A stretch of DNA of 64,000 bases, taken from Candidatus Thorarchaeota archaeon. GTDB lineage: Archaea; Asgardarchaeota; Thorarchaeia; Thorarchaeales; Thorarchaeaceae. The DNA lies in contig RDOC01000004.1 of NCBI GenBank assembly GCA_011364985.1, positions 64,001-128,000 of the forward strand, written 5' to 3'. The position numbers and the translations under genes were made by a program. Below the pieces are notes generated by a model, which did not search any database, was not told the DNA's origin, and worked only from the letters and a program-made list of their open reading frames with translations. Positions 27,049 through 36,921 of the stretch are shown piece by piece (the first letter of the stretch is position 1; every line of letters starts with the position of its first letter).

Positions 27049-28137
27049 ATGAGCGACGTACGAATAGCAATTGCAGGACTTGGAAACTGCGCATCAGCTC
27101 TTATTCAAGGAACGCATTATTATCGAAATGCCAGGGCTGATGAAGAAGTACCAGGACTAATGCACGTAGATTTTGGTGGATACTACCCCAAGGACCTGAA
27201 ATTTGTAGCAGCTTTTGAGGCTAACAACAGGAAGATTGGGCTAGATATTGCCGACGCAATGTGGGCTGAACCAAACTGTTGCTGGAAATTTGCGCCTGAT
27301 GTTCCAAAGACTGGAGTTAAAGTTCTGCCAGGTCCAGTGTCTGATGGTGTCGCACCTCACATGAGAGAGCCATTTTTCGCTTACAATGAGAGCGAAATCG
27401 AACCTGTGAATGTGGCTGAGGAATTGAGGAAGGCCAAGGCAGACATGTTGGTTAGCTACCTACCAGTAGGAAGTGCAAAGGCAGCAAGACTGTACGCAGG
27501 AGCAGCGCTTGAGGCAGAGATTGGATTCATAAATGCCATTCCTGAATTCATTGTGTCAGATCCCAATGATCCTATTGCTCAGGAGTTTCAGAAGAAAGGA
27601 CTGCCTGCAGCTGGAGACGATATCAAAAGCCAGCTTGGAGCTACAATTCTTCATCGAGTCTTAGCTCAGCTCTTTGACAAACGTGGACTCATTCTTCAAA
27701 ATACATACCAGCTGAACATTGGAGGTAACACAGACTTCGAGAATATGCAAGTAGAGAACAGACTGAGCTCGAAAAGAATCAGCAAGACAGAGGCGGTCAC
27801 CAGTTGCGTCGATTATGAATTGCCAACCAAGATTGGGCCTAGCGATTACGTCCCATTTCTTCAAGACAATAAGGTCTGTTATATCAGCATGAGATCAAAA
27901 GCATTCGGAGACCTTCCAATTGATTTGGACCTGAAGCTCTCAGTCCAAGACTCACCGAATAGTGGTGGAGTTATCATTGACGTAGCAAGAGCTGTGAAGA
28001 TAGCTCTGGATCGAGGCATTGGCGGAGAGCTCTCTAGCATTAGCTCATATAGCTTCAAGCATCCTCGATACCAGATAGATGACTTCGAAGCAAGAAAGAG
28101 AGTAGATGAGTTCATCGAGGGAAAAAGAGAACGTTAG
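27049..28137 (+). CDS. ino1: Myo-inositol-1-phosphate synthase
   Basis: IAGLGNCASAL, YLPVGS, GDDIKSQLGAT, GGNTDF and DSPNSGG. Confidence 0.95.
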   Translation: MSDVRIAIAGLGNCASALIQGTHYYRNARADEEVPGLMHVDFGGYYPKDLKFVAAFEANNRKIGLDIADAMWAEPNCCWKFAPDVPKTGVKVLPGPVSDGVAPHMREPFFAYNESEIEPVNVAEELRKAKADMLVSYLPVGSAKAARLYAGAALEAEIGFINAIPEFIVSDPNDPIAQEFQKKGLPAAGDDIKSQLGATILHRVLAQLFDKRGLILQNTYQLNIGGNTDFENMQVENRLSSKRISKTEAVTSCVDYELPTKIGPSDYVPFLQDNKVCYISMRSKAFGDLPIDLDLKLSVQDSPNSGGVIIDVARAVKIALDRGIGGELSSISSYSFKHPRYQIDDFEARKRVDEFIEGKRER

Positions 28138-28201
28138 CCAATCCAGAGAAAATGAGAGTCTTGGTCCAGCAAGCAGCCGGACCAGATTCTTTGAGGCATT
28201 G

Positions 28202-29365
28202 TTAGAGTTCGGTGAAGCTTCTCGCTGTATCCTCATCCAGCCTCTTGACCACTTCAACTAAGAGATTAACGGCACTCTCAACATCAGTCATGTCGAGCAT
28301 TGCATGATGTGAATGGATATGTCGAGTAGGAATTCCGATGAACAGAGATGGCACACCCATTCCGGTGAGGTGAATTGCACCAGCATCAGTGCTTCCAGCC
28401 TTTAGAAAAGCTGGCTGATGTCTAATGCCCATCTCCTCTGCAATGTCAAGGACAAATCTGCGGAAGCGTGGATTTGGTATCATTGAACCATCCCCTGCAG
28501 AGATAGAAACACCCCTGCCCATCTTTTGAACAAGACCATCAACACCAGGAACATCACCTGAAATGTCAACATCCAAAGCGAATCCAATGTCAGGAAGAAT
28601 CATCTGAGCTGCTGTCCGGGCTCCGCGCAGACCCACCTCTTCTTGAGTCGTGGAGACTGTATAGATAGTGTTGGGGTGATCTGTTTTCTCTTCGGAAAGC
28701 CTACGCAGAACCTCAAGAGCAATGAATACGCCAATTCGGTCGTCAAAGGCTTTGGCAACAGCAATTGTGACGTCACGAACAACTTCTTCTGAGTCCTTCA
28801 TCTCCTCGTCTTTCTTCTCCTTTCTCTTGCGCTGCATTGTACGAAAGGAAGCTAAAGGTACAGCAGGATCTCCGACACTGATGCCAAGCGCTTCAACTTC
28901 CCTCTTGGAGCTACAGCCGATATCGAAGAACATCTTCTCCTTCGTAACGACCTTATTCCGATCTTCAGGGCTTAGAACATGTGGAGGTGGTGCTCCAATC
29001 ACACCAACTACTTTTTCACTGCCCGATGAGGGACTGATCAAAACCTCCTGCGCTAGCAGTGTCTGATCCCACCAACCGCCGAGTTGATGAAATCGAAGAC
29101 ATCCATTCTTCTCAATGTTGGTTATTACAAAGCCGATTTCATCTACATGACCTGCAAGCATTATCTTCGGGCCTTGGTCTCCTTTTCGAAACACGACCGA
29201 TCCCATCCGATCATATAGAGTTTCATCAGCATACTTCTGCCCATGATCTCGGACAATCTTTTGAGCCTCATGTTCATGTCCACTAGGCCCAAATGCATTG
29301 CAGAGCTTCTCTAGTAGGGCAATGTCAAGCTCCTTTCCAGCCATAATCCTCACTTCAGCCTGCAT
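28202..29365 (-). CDS. M42 family aminopeptidase (TET-like)
   Basis: GPSGHE, AGHVDEIG, KAFDDR, QEEVGLRGA and RHIHS. Confidence 0.93.
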   Translation of the reverse strand: MQAEVRIMAGKELDIALLEKLCNAFGPSGHEHEAQKIVRDHGQKYADETLYDRMGSVVFRKGDQGPKIMLAGHVDEIGFVITNIEKNGCLRFHQLGGWWDQTLLAQEVLISPSSGSEKVVGVIGAPPPHVLSPEDRNKVVTKEKMFFDIGCSSKREVEALGISVGDPAVPLASFRTMQRKRKEKKDEEMKDSEEVVRDVTIAVAKAFDDRIGVFIALEVLRRLSEEKTDHPNTIYTVSTTQEEVGLRGARTAAQMILPDIGFALDVDISGDVPGVDGLVQKMGRGVSISAGDGSMIPNPRFRRFVLDIAEEMGIRHQPAFLKAGSTDAGAIHLTGMGVPSLFIGIPTRHIHSHHAMLDMTDVESAVNLLVEVVKRLDEDTARSFTEL

Positions 29366-29445
29366 TTGTCAGATGACTGCAGAAGAAGCACCATGTATAG
29401 TAGTTTCGGTCAATGCAGTAGAAGCGCAAATGGCTGCTTTTCTAT

Positions 29446-29985
29446 CTAAGAAATGGAGAATTCGGCCAGTCGGCGAAAGGCTTCTTCCACGTTCTTGCCT
29501 GTCAGTGCACTCGTTTCTAGGTAGCCATTCAGGCCATGTTCTTCAGCAAATGCCATCCCCATCTCTGTGGTAATAACACGCTCATCTACGAGATCTACTT
29601 TATTTGCCAGAAGAATGATTGGGATGCGTTCGCCCAGTGCATTCTGTGTTTCTTCAATCCACTTTGGAAGCTCCATATACGTGGACTTACGCGTAGTGTC
29701 GAAAACTAGCAGGGCACCTTTGCTTCCGCGATAGTAGCTTCCACGAATGAAATCAAATCGCTGTTGTCCAGCAAGGTCCCAGACCAGAAGCTTCACGACG
29801 ACTTGTCGACCATCAGCTTCATCAACCGCAACGGTCTTCACAGCAAACTGAGAGCCAATTGTAACAATATACTGCTCAGAAAACTTCTGCGTAAGAAATC
29901 TGTTGACCAGAGCCGTCTTCCCACTACCTCCGGCCCCAATCATAACGACCTTTCGCATGAAATCAAATTCCGCAGTTCTTGCCAA
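29446..29985 (-). CDS. Rab-like small GTPase
   Basis: GAGGSGKT, TIGSQF, WDLAGQQRF, YYRG, NKVD and ETSA. Confidence 0.92.
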   Translation of the reverse strand: MARTAEFDFMRKVVMIGAGGSGKTALVNRFLTQKFSEQYIVTIGSQFAVKTVAVDEADGRQVVVKLLVWDLAGQQRFDFIRGSYYRGSKGALLVFDTTRKSTYMELPKWIEETQNALGERIPIILLANKVDLVDERVITTEMGMAFAEEHGLNGYLETSALTGKNVEEAFRRLAEFSIS

Positions 29986-30234
29986 TTTGGTCCCTCGTAC
30001 ATCAAATACTGAATGTAGGGGTAGTAGCTGGCTTTCCCTGTCCGAGAAAAAACTAACTACCCAGTCCGTCGTTTGGCAAGTGCTACCCTAGCCTATTTAG
30101 CCTTTTTCGGCATTTAGTGACTGCTGTTTCGCGTGAGATTATATCATGGCGCCCTTCAGGAAGACCGAAGCCTGCAGTTGCAAGGGATTATAACAAGTAG
30201 CACTGGGGTGTTACGATAGCGGGAGGATAATGTC

Positions 30235-30423
30235 TTGCGACTAATTACAGTGAAAATGAGTGACATCTATGTGAACGGACTCGATAGACTGGTTGAGTTG
30301 GGGATGTATCCGTCGCGCAGTGAGGCTATCAGGGTTGCCATAAGAGACCTCTTGCGTAGGGAGCTTTGGCCAGCAGAAGGCAGTCCGCTAAGTATTGAGA
30401 AAGAAACAGAGCAAAGGTATTAG
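30235..30423 (+). CDS. Ribbon-helix-helix regulator (CopG/CdrS-like)
   Basis: ITVKM..LDRLVELGMYPSRSEAIRVAIRDLL; GGAGG RBS. Confidence 0.88.
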   Translation: MRLITVKMSDIYVNGLDRLVELGMYPSRSEAIRVAIRDLLRRELWPAEGSPLSIEKETEQRY

Positions 30424-30513
30424 GGTTTGACAGCACAATTTCCATAAGGCACATTAACATATGATGACGCATTCAACCTACGTAGGGCCCGTAAAAGGGA
30501 GGTTAACACGCCG

Positions 30514-31035
30514 TTGAATTTCAGAGTCTTATTCAAGAGCATCCGGTTTGCTTTCCGCGCCAAGAAACGTGTCATCACGTTCATTCTAATCTACGCATTT
30601 CTGATAGTGATGGTTTCACGTGGACTAATGTTCCAAGGAGATGAACTACTTTGGATTCTTGCCGCGTTTGTACTGGCAACGCTATATGCCATACTCATCG
30701 CGCAGTCTAGGTCCAAAGACATTGCTATTCTCAAATGCGTTTCGTGGAATAACTCGGATGTTTTCCTGTTACTTGTTGGAGAAGTTGTGCTCGTATCCCT
30801 CGCCGCATTTCTACTTGTGTTTCAGGTGAGCGTAGAGATCATGGGATTGGTAGCCTATTTCAGAGATGTGTTTGGGGTCGAGCTGCTGGAATTTCTTCAG
30901 GAAAGTCTAGCCGTAGAGGTGACACCACTCCTAACCACTTTGTTCGTAATCGTCGTTCTGCAGTTGCCAGGTTTATTCTTGGCACAGCGCAGGGCAATGC
31001 TGATTGCTCCAATGAGAGCCCTAAGGGAGGAATAG
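30514..31035 (+). CDS. Short FtsX-like ABC permease
   Basis: RSKDIAILKCVSW and PMRALREE; about four TM helices. Confidence 0.8.
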   Translation: MNFRVLFKSIRFAFRAKKRVITFILIYAFLIVMVSRGLMFQGDELLWILAAFVLATLYAILIAQSRSKDIAILKCVSWNNSDVFLLLVGEVVLVSLAAFLLVFQVSVEIMGLVAYFRDVFGVELLEFLQESLAVEVTPLLTTLFVIVVLQLPGLFLAQRRAMLIAPMRALREE

Positions 31036-31038
31036 ACT

Positions 31039-31716
31039 ATGGCTAATGCAATTGTCCAACTTGAAGATGTAAACAAAGAATACGGAAGAGGAAAGAAGAC
31101 AGTAGCTGCCCTCAAAGATATCAATTTGGAGATAAGAAAGGGAGAATTCATCGCGGTGGTTGGTCCCTCAGGATGTGGGAAGTCGACTCTGCTTCATGTG
31201 ATGGCCGGACTTGAACAGCCAACATCTGGCAGAGTTCTATTGGACGGAGTGGATGTGACCCTAATCAGTGAAAGAGACTTGCCAAAGGTGAGAGCTCAGA
31301 AGATTGGATTCGTATTTCAAGCCTTTCTTCTAATCGAAGACTTGACGGCCTACGAGAACGTGGAGGCGGTTCTTTGGCCCAGTGTGGACCACACGAAGGA
31401 GAAACAAGAAGCAATGACACTGGAGGTCTTGCGTGAAGTGGATATGCTGGAGCGAAGGGATCACTTCCCTCGACAGATGTCGGGAGGAGAACAACAAAGA
31501 ATAGCAATTGCAAGAGCTCTTGTGAATAATCCTCCTGTCCTATTCTGCGATGAACCAACGGGAAATCTTGACAGCAAGACTGGTGAAACCATTATGAAGT
31601 TCATCTCCAAGCTTGCTAAGGAGAAGAACATGACAGTGGTGTTGGTCACTCATAATGACGAGCTAACGAAATACGCCGGCAAAGTCTTGAACATGAGAGA
31701 TGGAGCCATTAGATAG
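31039..31716 (+). CDS. ABC ATPase (LolD/FtsE/MacB type)
   Basis: GPSGCGKST, MSGGEQQR and DEPTGNLD. Confidence 0.95.
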   Translation: MANAIVQLEDVNKEYGRGKKTVAALKDINLEIRKGEFIAVVGPSGCGKSTLLHVMAGLEQPTSGRVLLDGVDVTLISERDLPKVRAQKIGFVFQAFLLIEDLTAYENVEAVLWPSVDHTKEKQEAMTLEVLREVDMLERRDHFPRQMSGGEQQRIAIARALVNNPPVLFCDEPTGNLDSKTGETIMKFISKLAKEKNMTVVLVTHNDELTKYAGKVLNMRDGAIR

Positions 31717-31817
31717 GCAACTCCGACTATGGAATTATGCCGCTCCCTCTTTCCAAGAAGCAAACCTTTAGGGAACAAGAAACCACATTGAGTCAGAAGC
31801 AAGGAGTACACACTGGG

Positions 31818-32651
31818 ATGGCACATTCTGACTGCAACGACTATGAGGACCGTGCTGAGAAGCACGGTGAGAAGGGTGAGAACGAAGAAGCCAAGAACTT
31901 GTTTATTGGAGCAGCCGAGTGCTGGAGGCGATGGGAATCCTTTGGAAAGAGCGCCAAATGCTATGAGCGTGCATACGAACACGCTATGCTGCAGCAAGAC
32001 TATGCGACTGCTGCAGATGTGATGCTAAAGGGGGGGAATGCTTGGACTAAGGAAGGTCATTATGATAGGCTTGAAATCGACTACCAAATTGCCGCGGAGG
32101 CGTATATCCTTGCTGCTGAAAAAGAGAAAGACCCCAACTGCTTTGTGAAGGGTGCCTTTTGCGCCATAACAGGGGGTGACCTAGAACTTGCGAAGCAGCT
32201 GGTCCACGCCGCAGCAGAAACCGCCCGGGGCCACTTCAAGGAACTGGTGATTCTTGCCTTGATGCTGACTGAATATCAATTCGGTGACGGCTACAAGTAC
32301 ATTGAAGAGGTGTTGAGGGACGAAGTATCAGGGCAGACTGTGAATGAAGCCCAGAGATACTTCTACTTGATCTTCACAGGCTTTGTCAGAACGACTCTAG
32401 AATCAGAGGCTGCAGTGACAATAAAGAGTCTTGTTGAGAGCACTGGTCTTGAGAAGACAAAGCTTGTGGAGCTTGTTGAAAAGGGAATTCAGGAGGGCCA
32501 CATTCCAGCCCTTCACGACAGCGATTCAGGTGAGCTCGTTGTCGACACAGACCGATACGACATAGACACGTTGTCGCTACGGAAAGGGCCCATTCTAAGC
32601 AGGGATCTTGAGGACCCAGGTGTATGGGATCTAGATTTGAATGACGAATGA
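31818..32651 (+). CDS. TPR/SNAP-like helical repeat protein with a C-terminal PCI-like winged helix
   Basis: SAKCYERAYE-type repeats; VTIKSLVESTGLEKTKLVELVEKGIQEGHIPALHD. Confidence 0.65.
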   Translation: MAHSDCNDYEDRAEKHGEKGENEEAKNLFIGAAECWRRWESFGKSAKCYERAYEHAMLQQDYATAADVMLKGGNAWTKEGHYDRLEIDYQIAAEAYILAAEKEKDPNCFVKGAFCAITGGDLELAKQLVHAAAETARGHFKELVILALMLTEYQFGDGYKYIEEVLRDEVSGQTVNEAQRYFYLIFTGFVRTTLESEAAVTIKSLVESTGLEKTKLVELVEKGIQEGHIPALHDSDSGELVVDTDRYDIDTLSLRKGPILSRDLEDPGVWDLDLNDE

Positions 32652-32820
32652 CTCAGGACCTAAGTAGCGGCCATTGAGTCTATGCATGGAACATTGAAAA
32701 CCATTAACGAGCTACTTCATAGCATAACCGACTAGCATAATAGACATTGCTCAGCGATAGTATTTTTAGTACGATTGCTGAAGCTGTGACTTGCCAGCGC
32801 CAAGATAAAGGGTGATTCAG

Positions 32821-33039
32821 ATGGCTGAAGGGCTGAAATGGCTGCAATGCCCCGTCTGCAAGAAGACAATATTCTGGGAAGTTCCAAATGAGGCATTGAA
32901 GAGAGCTAAACGCTTCCCAGTTGCGGTCGTTATTAGTCATCAGGACCATCACTTTATATGCTACATCGACAGTCATCATCAGCTTGCAGACACCGAAATT
33001 GCCATTGCATATCTTGAAGGTAAATCAAGAGAAGAGTGA
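32821..33039 (+). CDS. Small putative Zn-binding protein
   Basis: CPVC..HQDH; GGGTGA RBS. Confidence 0.75.
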   Translation: MAEGLKWLQCPVCKKTIFWEVPNEALKRAKRFPVAVVISHQDHHFICYIDSHHQLADTEIAIAYLEGKSREE

Positions 33040-33059
33040 GTGCGGTTCCTACCGAGTTT

Positions 33060-33635
33060 TCAACAAGGTGATGAATCAAGACCTTGATCGATTGCCCACT
33101 CCAGTACTCGTGATGCTTGAGCGCTTGCCATATTCCAAGTTCGTAGCTTAGCAACAAGATTCCTGATTCCTGCAATCCAGTCATGCAACAACGGTCGAAT
33201 CCGGCCGCAGAGAGCCGGGTCCTCTGCATTGCGAAGATGTGGTAGCAGTTTGTCAACCAGTGTCTGAGAGAGAACCAGTATCGTTTCGAGTCTGGCAATC
33301 CACTCCTGTCGGGGAAGGCCAGTCAGAGTCTGTGCAACTGCGAGATGATAGTCATATTGCGTGGTGAAATACCTCAACCGCCAGCTGAGAACCTCTAGCA
33401 GGATTGTCTTGTATGCCTCGCTCGGAGAAGTCTTGATTAGAAGAGTCAGAAATCGCTGGCACATTTCGTCAGCTGATTGACTTGCATCATAGTACAATGC
33501 CATAGCCTTCTGGTGCTGCTCATTGTTCAGGCTATCCTCTGCATCACTTACCGCCTTAGAGAATCTCTCAAGGAGCATCTTTGTGAATCCGTCTCGACCG
33601 ACTTGTTCACTTTCTCTTTCTGTCACAAGCACCAC
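33060..33635 (-). CDS. All-helical hypothetical protein; N-terminus weakly MIT-like
   Basis: 191-aa ORF containing KAVSDAEDSLNNEQHQKAMALYYDA. Confidence 0.65.
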   Translation of the reverse strand: MVLVTERESEQVGRDGFTKMLLERFSKAVSDAEDSLNNEQHQKAMALYYDASQSADEMCQRFLTLLIKTSPSEAYKTILLEVLSWRLRYFTTQYDYHLAVAQTLTGLPRQEWIARLETILVLSQTLVDKLLPHLRNAEDPALCGRIRPLLHDWIAGIRNLVAKLRTWNMASAQASRVLEWAIDQGLDSSPC

Positions 33636-33830
33636 CGGTTTATAAAGGGCTGCAGGGAGCGTGCCTCAAGACTTCTTCAGCCTGATTATGGAGGCACCAA
33701 TCCGAGAGTCACGTTGTTCCCAGCCTCATGAGGTATCCTTTCAGATATCTATTATAGTAATACATCTGATTGTGGTTTAAACGCCCTAAAAGATGTCTGT
33801 GATGTAGTAATATCCATGGAAAGGTCAAAA

Positions 33831-34805
33831 TCAGAGGGGAGGAAGATGGTGTGCCTTGTACTCGTCAGTGGCCTTGGTCCAACCTACAAAAGCCTCACAA
33901 GGGGGTGACTTCCGATATAGCTCTTTTCGGTCTGCCTCCAAGCATTCATTCTCTAATCCTGCCACTTCCGCCATGGATAGTATACTGTGATTATGGTAAT
34001 GAGCAAAATCCAGTGCAGAAGCAATCCATTCTGAGCAATTTGATGATCGCATAAGATGATGGTCAACAATCAGCATAGGAATTCTCGAAGCTAAGGCATG
34101 AAGCGAGTGTAACGCAGCAGTCTTGTGATGATCTTCGAACTTGTTCAAGTAGATGGGAGGCCCTCCGATTATTGCTGCATCTGGAGAGAGAGACAGAATG
34201 TAGTCTAGTGATTCCTGTGCGACCGGGCCTTGAACGTCTGGGGCGAAAAGGACACGTTTACCATCATATTCTATCAGAGTTGTAAGGACAAAACCAAGCC
34301 TTGTGTCCTTTGGACCATGAGGAAGTGCAGGAGAATAAAGGAGATCGGTATTTCCAAAGGAATATCTTCTGCTGTCGCTCCAACGAATCTCCGTCACCAA
34401 GTCTTTGACATCTTTCTCGAAATAGAACCCCCTCCTTCTCTGGGAAGCGTTTATCTTGTCACGATAATCCTTTGCCAGTACTATTTTGCCCTGACAGAGC
34501 CTCTGCAGTTCCTCTCTTGAGGACAGAGTGTATCGATAGTCCGTAAAGCCTGGGCGTACATGGTCAAAATGGTAGTGCGAAATTGAGAGAACATCAGCAG
34601 TTCTTGCGGATACGAAGATTCTTTCAAGGACTTTCAGCAATCGACGATATTCCATTGGATGTGGTTCCAGCTGATATCGCATTGATAGGGATGCAGAAGG
34701 ATCCATGAGAATAGCTATATCAGGTGTCCGAATCAGCGTACATAGTGAACGCACACCCATGCTTTCTGCTGCAATGGGCTCAATGGAAATGCTCCCGATG
34801 TTCAT
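33831..34805 (-). CDS. MBL-fold hydrolase, UPF0282 family
   Basis: AAESMGVRS, SHYHFDH, PHG, DVQGP and DHHL. Confidence 0.88.
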   Translation of the reverse strand: MNIGSISIEPIAAESMGVRSLCTLIRTPDIAILMDPSASLSMRYQLEPHPMEYRRLLKVLERIFVSARTADVLSISHYHFDHVRPGFTDYRYTLSSREELQRLCQGKIVLAKDYRDKINASQRRRGFYFEKDVKDLVTEIRWSDSRRYSFGNTDLLYSPALPHGPKDTRLGFVLTTLIEYDGKRVLFAPDVQGPVAQESLDYILSLSPDAAIIGGPPIYLNKFEDHHKTAALHSLHALASRIPMLIVDHHLMRSSNCSEWIASALDFAHYHNHSILSMAEVAGLENECLEADRKELYRKSPPCEAFVGWTKATDEYKAHHLPPL

Positions 34806-35353
34806 TCTGAAACCGTCCTGTAGTAATTCAGTCTGTATTTGCTACCTGCCTGAACAAGCTCTGCTTCGTACAGCTTGGGGAACTCCACTAGGTTCATGAA
34901 GCCATTGAACATGAACAAGTCAGACGGGAGGAAATTGTCTCTTTTGACGCCCACTTCATCCAAGTCGAACAAGGCAAGATGGCCCTCTCGATGATCTGCT
35001 TGGAAGTTGGCTATTCTGGCATAGCTTACAAATATCAGGAAGTGAGAAAGCAGAGTTCCATTTTGCCCAACTAACCGTTCTGATACGAAGCCGCGGTAGG
35101 AATAATCTTCCACTGAATCACAGCCAGTTTCCTCAATGATTTCTCGGATGGTGGCATCACGAACGTGTTCTCCAAGACCTATTTTCCCTCCAATCAAGCT
35201 CCATAATCCTTCATAAGGAGCACTCCTCCTTCGTATGAACAGAAACTTGCCTCCGCACTGTAGAATAGCTATCGCTACTGGTACAAGACTAGGCATATCG
35301 ATTCGCTCCTCCAGATAATCTAGTGTACAATCACCCTGTTTCTTCGTCTTCAT
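34802..35353 (-). CDS. NUDIX hydrolase
   Basis: Nudix box GGKIGLGE..ATIREIIEETG. Confidence 0.9.
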   Translation of the reverse strand: MKTKKQGDCTLDYLEERIDMPSLVPVAIAILQCGGKFLFIRRRSAPYEGLWSLIGGKIGLGEHVRDATIREIIEETGCDSVEDYSYRGFVSERLVGQNGTLLSHFLIFVSYARIANFQADHREGHLALFDLDEVGVKRDNFLPSDLFMFNGFMNLVEFPKLYEAELVQAGSKYRLNYYRTVSE

Positions 35354-35444
35354 TCCTTTAAAGCTAGAGGAAGGACAAGCTTATTCCATTTGAGAGACGA
35401 AGATTATTAGCAGACAGCAATGCAGTTTCAACAAGGTTGGCAAG

Positions 35445-36908
35445 TTGACGAGATTTCTTGATGAAGAGATAAGGAAGAGCATACTAGCGGAAATTCGCCC
35501 AACGGAAGAGGAAATCAAGAAACAGAAAAAGCAAGTGTCCAGAATTACTGAGAGTCTGAAGAAATTCGCGCATTCTGAATGGAAATACACACGCATTCAG
35601 GCGGAGGGTTCTACAGGCAAGAAACAGACACAGCTGAGAGGAGCGTCCGATCTTGATATCTTTGTGATATTGAATCCTGAAGACTATGGAGACGTACTCG
35701 CAAAGAACCCAAGAGCAAGAATGAATGCAGTTAATAGCATAATGGAAGCAGTTGTTGACGAATGGTTCATCCCAGCCTTGAGGAAGCTGAAACCAAGCAG
35801 CTGTCAAAAGACATACTCACAACACCCGTATCTCAGTGTCAAACTGAACGGTTTTGACGTTGATATCGTCGGATGCTTTGAAGTCTCTCCACAGGAACTT
35901 CTGGCTTCGGGACCAATTAGTGCGATGGACAGAACTATTCACCACTCTGAATATGTAAATCTTCATCTTTGTCAAGAGACCCGAGATGATGTTAGAATAC
36001 TGAAATCCTTTGCCAGAGCAAGCTATGCATACGCTGATACTTGTGCAGTAGGCAGGATGGGATTCACGGGGTATGCTTTGGAACTGCTAATCATTCGAGG
36101 CGGCGGTCTTGAACAAGCACTAAAGTACATTATTGATCTTGAAAGGACACCATTGGATCCTGAAGGTAGAAGCCTTGCCAAGCTCAAAGAAGACCCTTCC
36201 TTCAGAGATGATTTTGTATTCATTATTGATCCGATAGATCCAAATAGAAATGTCTCGTCGAGCTTTGATGAAAGAACAGTCAGGCTTCTTAGAATGCGAG
36301 CCGAAAAACTTCTTGAAGAGTTTGAAGAAGGAAATATTAACAGAATAATGAAGATGGTAATAGAGAAGCCAATTTCTCTAAGTCCCTTGCCATCGTGGAT
36401 AGTGCGGCATTCAATAGTATTCGAGTTCAAAGAGGAGAAATCATACCACTATTCTGTATTCAGAGATAAGCTATACAGTCTAGGAAAATTGGTCGCAGGG
36501 CAGCTTCAGCATGAGCAAACCGGAGAAATAAGATTTGGGGCTACACTCTTTGAAGTATATTTCGAAGCAGAATCATACAGCCTAGCGTTTCTAGTGGAGA
36601 ATATGATGATTTCGAACGTGTATTCCTACAAAGGACCTCCCCTGAATTTGTCTACTGCGGTTGAAGATTTCAGAAGAGTGCACGCAGACACCGTTGAGAA
36701 AGCAGGCTATATCTGGACGACCAAGGAGCGCGAGTTTACTTCGGCTAGGAGTCTTGCAGAAACACTCATTGACCACTATGGTATTAAGGGACTTAGCAGA
36801 AAGGAACCAGGAGAAACCTCAACCAAGCTTCTCAGAGTCATTCTGGACCACGTGCTTCCTGTTGAGCATGGCTTTCCCGTCGATAGTATTAGAAATAAAC
36901 CTAAATGA
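35445..36908 (+). CDS. cca: Class I CCA-adding enzyme
   Basis: EGSTGK.TQLRGASDLDIF, HPY, DRT..H, GFTGYALEL and DPIDPNRNV. Confidence 0.9.
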   Translation: MTRFLDEEIRKSILAEIRPTEEEIKKQKKQVSRITESLKKFAHSEWKYTRIQAEGSTGKKQTQLRGASDLDIFVILNPEDYGDVLAKNPRARMNAVNSIMEAVVDEWFIPALRKLKPSSCQKTYSQHPYLSVKLNGFDVDIVGCFEVSPQELLASGPISAMDRTIHHSEYVNLHLCQETRDDVRILKSFARASYAYADTCAVGRMGFTGYALELLIIRGGGLEQALKYIIDLERTPLDPEGRSLAKLKEDPSFRDDFVFIIDPIDPNRNVSSSFDERTVRLLRMRAEKLLEEFEEGNINRIMKMVIEKPISLSPLPSWIVRHSIVFEFKEEKSYHYSVFRDKLYSLGKLVAGQLQHEQTGEIRFGATLFEVYFEAESYSLAFLVENMMISNVYSYKGPPLNLSTAVEDFRRVHADTVEKAGYIWTTKEREFTSARSLAETLIDHYGIKGLSRKEPGETSTKLLRVILDHVLPVEHGFPVDSIRNKPK

Positions 36909-36921
36909 GGGAGTAAGAGAA

